Assembly: GCA_964244895.1 (NCBI GenBank)
Contig: CAXTKV010000015.1
Span: 1 to 42,384, forward strand
Length of the DNA stretch: 42,384 bases
Direction: 5' to 3'
Source: an uncultured Deinococcales bacterium
Lineage (GTDB): Bacteria; Deinococcota; Deinococci; Deinococcales; JAAFIG01
The translations under genes were made by a program, and so were the position numbers. This document shows, in pieces, positions 38,355 through 42,384 of the stretch. The notes under the pieces were generated by a model that was not told the origin of the DNA, ran no database searches, and saw only the letters and a list, made by a program, of their open reading frames with translations. Position 1 is the first letter of the stretch. Each line of letters starts with the position of its first letter.

Positions 38355-39764
38355 CTAGACTGACTTGCCGCGCAGCAGCTGGAGCGCCTCCGCATCTTTT
38401 CCGACCCTGTAAAGACTCAACACGCGAGATTTGAACTCGCGCGGGTCGGCCAGCTGGATGATCAGGCGCGAGCGCAGGCGCTCGACGTCCTGCGCGTGGA
38501 GGCCGTCGCGCTTGATGAAGAACGACAGCGCCTCGATCGTCAGGTCGACCTGGCGGCTCTTGGGCAAGGCCACGTACTCGCGTTCAGCCTGAAGCTCCGC
38601 CTGACGATCCACATCGCGCTCGAGTTCCACCTGGGCGTGCCGGGAGGCGAGCGTGGTCGTGAGCTGAGCGGCGCTCTTGAAGCCCGGCGGGTCGGCGTAC
38701 TTCGTCTCGGCGTCCCGGATCACGTCGACCAGCAGCGCGACCCGGTTGCGGGGGTTGAAACCGCTTTTGAGGATCGCCTCGTATTTGCGCACGCGATCGG
38801 CCACGTGGGCCTCGCCGAGGGCCCGGACGAGCTCGAGCCCGACGGGGCGGCTCATGCCGCGCCGCAGCAATTCGCCGAGTATGGCGGGATCTGCTTGGGC
38901 GTTCGCTGCGGCGAACAGGTAATTGATCGTTTGCGACTTGCCGCGTCCGACGAACCCGACGTCGCGCAGGTAGCCGCGAGCGATCAATTCCTCGTGCGCG
39001 GCGGACAGGGTGCGCCGGATGCGATCCGGAGCCTGGTCGACGATCTTGCACTCCTGTCCCCACTCGACCAGGTTGCGGCTGTAGACATCGAGTGGCACGC
39101 CGAAATCGAGCCCCTCCGGGTCGTAGCGCTTACCGTCGAGCAGCCGATAAAGGGCTCGCGTGAGCGGGCGGGTCAGCGAGATCAGGAACTCCAGGTCGAG
39201 CGGTTTGAGGTGGCTGGCCCGGATCGAGCGGACGATCACGTCCGAGAGCTTGACCACCAGTTCGCTGCCGCGCACAAACTCCGTCCCGTCGGATTCGATG
39301 AAGTTGAAGGCCTCGAGGTAGTTGAAGGTGACGGTCGTCCACTTGCGGCGGCTGCGGTCCATCCAGGCCTCGCTGGCCGTGTAGAGGGCCGAGCGCAGGC
39401 GGAAGAGGCTCTCTCGGAGCGCCTTGTAGTAGTGGCCCTTGTCGGAGAGTCCGGCGCGCTTGAGCAGGCGGTAGGCGGTCGTCGAGACCGTCCCATCCTC
39501 TGGAGCGCCGGCCTCGATGTAGAGATCCATAATGGCGGTCGCGATGTCACCGTCGAGCCCGTGAGGCACGCCACCGTATTCCTTTGAGGCCACGCAGGTC
39601 AGACGCGAGGGGCGGCCATCGACGATGAAGTTAACTTCCCAGCGGGTGAAGTCCTCCGGGATGCGCTCGTGAATCGAGATCAGGCCGAGGCGGGCGACGT
39701 TGGCCTCGTCGTAGGCCTTGAGCCGGGTCTCACGTTGCTGCGGATTCGGATCCGATTTCGCCAC
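38355..39764 (-). CDS. repA: Plasmid replication initiator protein
   Basis: DEANVARLGLISIHERIP, GGVPHGLDGDI, LTRPLTRALYRLLD, typical of Deinococcus plasmid Rep; adjacent iterons. Confidence 0.88.
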   Translation of the reverse strand: MAKSDPNPQQRETRLKAYDEANVARLGLISIHERIPEDFTRWEVNFIVDGRPSRLTCVASKEYGGVPHGLDGDIATAIMDLYIEAGAPEDGTVSTTAYRLLKRAGLSDKGHYYKALRESLFRLRSALYTASEAWMDRSRRKWTTVTFNYLEAFNFIESDGTEFVRGSELVVKLSDVIVRSIRASHLKPLDLEFLISLTRPLTRALYRLLDGKRYDPEGLDFGVPLDVYSRNLVEWGQECKIVDQAPDRIRRTLSAAHEELIARGYLRDVGFVGRGKSQTINYLFAAANAQADPAILGELLRRGMSRPVGLELVRALGEAHVADRVRKYEAILKSGFNPRNRVALLVDVIRDAETKYADPPGFKSAAQLTTTLASRHAQVELERDVDRQAELQAEREYVALPKSRQVDLTIEALSFFIKRDGLHAQDVERLRSRLIIQLADPREFKSRVLSLYRVGKDAEALQLLRGKSV

Positions 39765-39809
39765 CGTGGGCTGAGTCTACCAACCGACGGGATCGTTTGA
39801 GCGGTGAGT

Positions 39810-39862
39810 GTTGAGATTTAAAAGATGGTTTTAAACCTAAAAACAATGATGTCATCATCAGG
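39810..39862. other. AT-rich DNA unwinding element of the origin
   Basis: AGATTTAAAAGATGGTTTTAAACCTAAAAACAATGATGTCATCATCA between repA and the iterons. Confidence 0.65.
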
Positions 39863-39906
39863 CGACGAGCGAGAGACTCGTGCAGAACGGGCTTTGGGTC
39901 GTCAAT

Positions 39907-40264
39907 CCGCCGAGTATGGCGGGTTTTTTAGGGCGATAATCACCGGGTATGGCGGGTCTTTTGCCGCGTGATCCGCCGAGTATGGCGGGAAAGCGTCGAG
40001 CGAATCCGCCGAGTATGGCGGGAAAGCGTCGGCGAATCCTCCGGGTGTGGCGGGAAGCGCTGAACCGACTTTCCACCGGGTATGGCGGGCTTTTCGAGCT
40101 TTCCCTCCGAGTATGGCGGGAATCAGCGGGGTTCATTCCGCCGAGTATGGCGGGTTCATGCTGCCGGTGAAGGCACTTCGATGAGGCCGTCAGCCACGGT
40201 TGTATTGCATTTTCCACCGAGTATGGCGGGAATGTGAGCGAGCGAACCCACCGAGTATGGCGGG
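39907..40264 (+). repeat. Iteron array: ten 17-bp repeats CC(G/A/T)CCG(A/G)GTATGGCGGG
   Basis: Copies at 39907, 39940, 39973, 40006, 40038, 40073, 40104, 40138, 40214, 40248. Confidence 0.9.
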
Positions 40265-40351
40265 TTTCCCCTTACTGGACGCCCGATTCGGTGCGCGAAA
40301 GCCCCTTCGGCTCTCGCGGTGCCGAGATTGACGAGGAGGCAGATGCCTTGT

Positions 40352-40379
40352 AGTCTACCCGCATCGATGCGGGTAGACT
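40352..40379. repeat. Perfect 28-bp palindrome
   Basis: AGTCTACCCGCATCGATGCGGGTAGACT. Confidence 0.85.
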
Positions 40380-40474
40380 CGAACCTTGAAGGTGCAACGT
40401 GAATCGTCCAGGACGATGTTTCTTGGCTTCAGGACTGCTCGCTGGGGGCTGTTCGGTGCAGGTTCTGGCAGTCG

Positions 40475-41149
40475 ATGTGCTGCCCCTCTGGTCGTTTCGA
40501 GACCGACAGCGTCGGGGCTCGGGTCGGCTCTCGAAGATCAGGCTCCAACGCGCCGGCGACCGTCCGTCTGGCGCGCCAGGATGAGGCGATGGATCCCCTA
40601 GAGCGGGTCGAGTTCGTTTTGGCGGCGGTCTCCCGAGCGCTTGGGGTTTCAGAGCGGGAGGCTGCCCGGATGATCCGCAGGATCGACAATGAACGCCGTG
40701 GCCACGTCCAGGGACGGACGGGTAGGGATCGGGCGCGCGAGATCACCAGCCTGGTCAATGCTGGCGGTTGGAGTGTGGGCGAGTTCGTCGAGCGCAAGCT
40801 GCCGCTCTTGGGGCTTCCCGAGGATCTTCGGTCGTTGGTGCGTCGTGGTCGTTTGGCACCGACCAAGGCGCTGGTTCTCGGACGGATTGCCGAGGCTGAA
40901 CACCGCCGCGCGAAGACCCAAGAGGTGATCTCGCGGCGCATCAGTCTTCGCACCTTGCGCGAGTCGGCTCACGCGAAAATGAAGTTCGCCGGTCAGGAGG
41001 AGCTTCAAGGTGAGTTCGATTGGATCGCGCGCGAGCTGACTCGACACCTCGGTCTGCGGGTTCGCCTCTCCCCCACCGATGTTCGCATCGAGTACAGCGA
41101 ACCCGAGCAGCTGAGCGGATTGCTCGAGCGGCTCGGGCTGGAGTTGTAG
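40475..41149 (+). CDS. ParB/Spo0J-like protein lacking the N-terminal CTPase domain (start uncertain)
   Basis: MDPLERVE, LPLLGLPEDLRSLVRRGRL..KALVL, LTRHLGLRVRL..VRIEYSEPEQLSGLLERLG. Confidence 0.7.
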   Translation: MCCPSGRFETDSVGARVGSRRSGSNAPATVRLARQDEAMDPLERVEFVLAAVSRALGVSEREAARMIRRIDNERRGHVQGRTGRDRAREITSLVNAGGWSVGEFVERKLPLLGLPEDLRSLVRRGRLAPTKALVLGRIAEAEHRRAKTQEVISRRISLRTLRESAHAKMKFAGQEELQGEFDWIARELTRHLGLRVRLSPTDVRIEYSEPEQLSGLLERLGLEL

Positions 41150-41230
41150 GAAATTTGGGGGCTTTGGGCGAACACTGCTTGCGGTCGTGGCCGATCCGCG
41201 AATCGGTGTGCGATTGCGGCTGGCGATGGG

Positions 41231-41572
41231 TTAGAGTTCGCCGTGAGTTTCGAGGTACGCTCTGAGCGCGAGCTCTACGATATCGCGAACTTCGCGGTCG
41301 GTTTTGACGGCGTGCAGTTTGAGCGGTTTGTGGATCGATTCTCGGATGGCCACGTTGATGCGCCGTTCGACGAGAATGTCCGGCGTGGGCGCCGGTTCAG
41401 CCTTGAGCGGTGGCGGCGCGACGTGTTCTTGTGCTGCAGTGTTTTGAAACATTGGTGTTGCGACAAACGGTTGCTCGGGCTCGTCGACGGCGCTCGGTCG
41501 CCTGATCTGGCTCGAGCGACCTGCAGTGCCGAGCAGTGCATTCAGATCGGTGGTCGGCTTGCGTTTAGACAC
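41231..41572 (-). CDS. ParG-like ribbon-helix-helix partition adaptor
   Basis: Disordered N-terminus; RRINVAIRESIHKPLKLHAV..VRDIVELALRAYL; overlaps the parA stop. Confidence 0.8.
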   Translation of the reverse strand: MSKRKPTTDLNALLGTAGRSSQIRRPSAVDEPEQPFVATPMFQNTAAQEHVAPPPLKAEPAPTPDILVERRINVAIRESIHKPLKLHAVKTDREVRDIVELALRAYLETHGEL

Positions 41573-42149
41573 GGACGCCCACCCCTTTCAAGGCATCCCT
41601 GAAGGGCTGAAGGAGTGATTCGGGGATCAGCCCGCCGAAAGCGCGACGGTACTCGACGCTCTTTTTGATTCGCGCCACCAGAGGATAGCCGAGCTGCGCT
41701 ACGGCCTCCGGCATTGCTCCTGAGAGGTTGTCGTGCTCCATGAAGTTGAGGATGATGCCGAGCCGGGCGTTTTCCTTGAAGTGCCCATCCCTCAGGACTT
41801 CGATGCTCGGCTCGAGGCGATCAATCTCTCCCCTGCCCGGTTGCAGCGGCATCAGAATCACGTCACTCTGTTTGGCAGTGCTCGCGAGCGTCTTTGGGTC
41901 GTTGGGCGGGGTGTCGACCACCAGGAACTCAACTTCCAGTTTCCCTGCCGCCTCGATCGGCGCGTAGACCGAATAGGGAAGTGCCAATCCGTCTGCCAGC
42001 GCATCGTTTGCCCAGGCGCGCGCGGATCCTTCCGGGTCGAGGTCGAGCAGTGCGACTTTGTGGCGTCTGGCGAGCACTTGGGCAACGCCGATGGCGCAGA
42101 GTGTTTTGCCGACACCACCTTTTCGGGAGAGGAGGCTGATCGTTTTCAC
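41565..42149 (-). CDS. parA: Short (type Ib) ParA partition ATPase
   Basis: SRKGGVGKT, LDLDPEGS, VVDTPP; no N-terminal HTH; leaderless TAGTAT-6-GTG. Confidence 0.92.
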   Translation of the reverse strand: MKTISLLSRKGGVGKTLCAIGVAQVLARRHKVALLDLDPEGSARAWANDALADGLALPYSVYAPIEAAGKLEVEFLVVDTPPNDPKTLASTAKQSDVILMPLQPGRGEIDRLEPSIEVLRDGHFKENARLGIILNFMEHDNLSGAMPEAVAQLGYPLVARIKKSVEYRRAFGGLIPESLLQPFRDALKGVGVRV

Positions 42150-42286
42150 ACAGCGATACTATCACACTGTCACATGAGTGTTTTGATGTCGCTGCGTATT
42201 GCGTGATGTGAGTCAAATACCTCGTCCTAGTGGGTAAATGCGCCGAGGGATAAGACCGCTATTGCGCGTGAACCTATTTGTGTGGC

Positions 42287-42326
42287 AGTACATTTGTGTG
42301 TCATAACCTTGACACACAAATGTACT
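42287..42326. repeat. Perfect 17-bp inverted repeat with 6-bp spacer upstream of parA
   Basis: AGTACATTTGTGTGTCA-taacct-TGACACACAAATGTACT. Confidence 0.8.
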
Positions 42327-42384
42327 CATACATGGAAGTTGTAGTGTTGAGAAACACGAACAAACCAAAGGCACAGACGGGAAG

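Noticed and set aside
39858..40217. ORFs with PAILGG / PPSMAG repeats
   Set aside because: These are translations of the iteron array, with no RBS or coding signal.
39907..40264. Possible CRISPR mini-array (palindromic repeats with differing spacers)
   Set aside because: Repeats (17 bp) and most spacers (~14-18 bp) are too short, two spacers are near-identical, there are no cas genes, and the position beside repA and an AT-rich tract fits iterons.
1..42384. rRNA/tRNA genes, integron attC cassettes, anti-phage defence operons, conjugation genes
   Set aside because: No recognisable sequence or protein motifs for any of these in the window.

Overview
A GC-rich window that looks like a Deinococcota (Deinococcales-like) plasmid or secondary replicon; this assignment is inferred from the Rep/Par proteins and leaderless TANNNT promoters. 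The right end (38.3-42.4 kb) holds the replicon: repA, an AT-rich unwinding region, ten 17-bp iterons at ~33-bp spacing, a ParB lacking its N-terminal domain, and a ParA + ribbon-helix-helix partition pair. The rest is accessory cargo: general-stress genes (YflT-like, YciF, YihY, alpha-amylase, PAS/GAF kinase), several regulator/oxidoreductase cassettes (MarR, HxlR, TetR with NmrA/SDR/cupin/hydrolase and a TetX-like monooxygenase), a MerE-like/DoxX/two-component module, and decayed IS3, IS256 and HNH remnants. The strongest unexplained signal is the palindrome CTCGAG: about 160 copies by hand count against roughly 15 expected, with site-free stretches that appear to mark foreign DNA. An extra iteron also sits inside the repA coding sequence. 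All protein calls come from motif recognition, not database searches.
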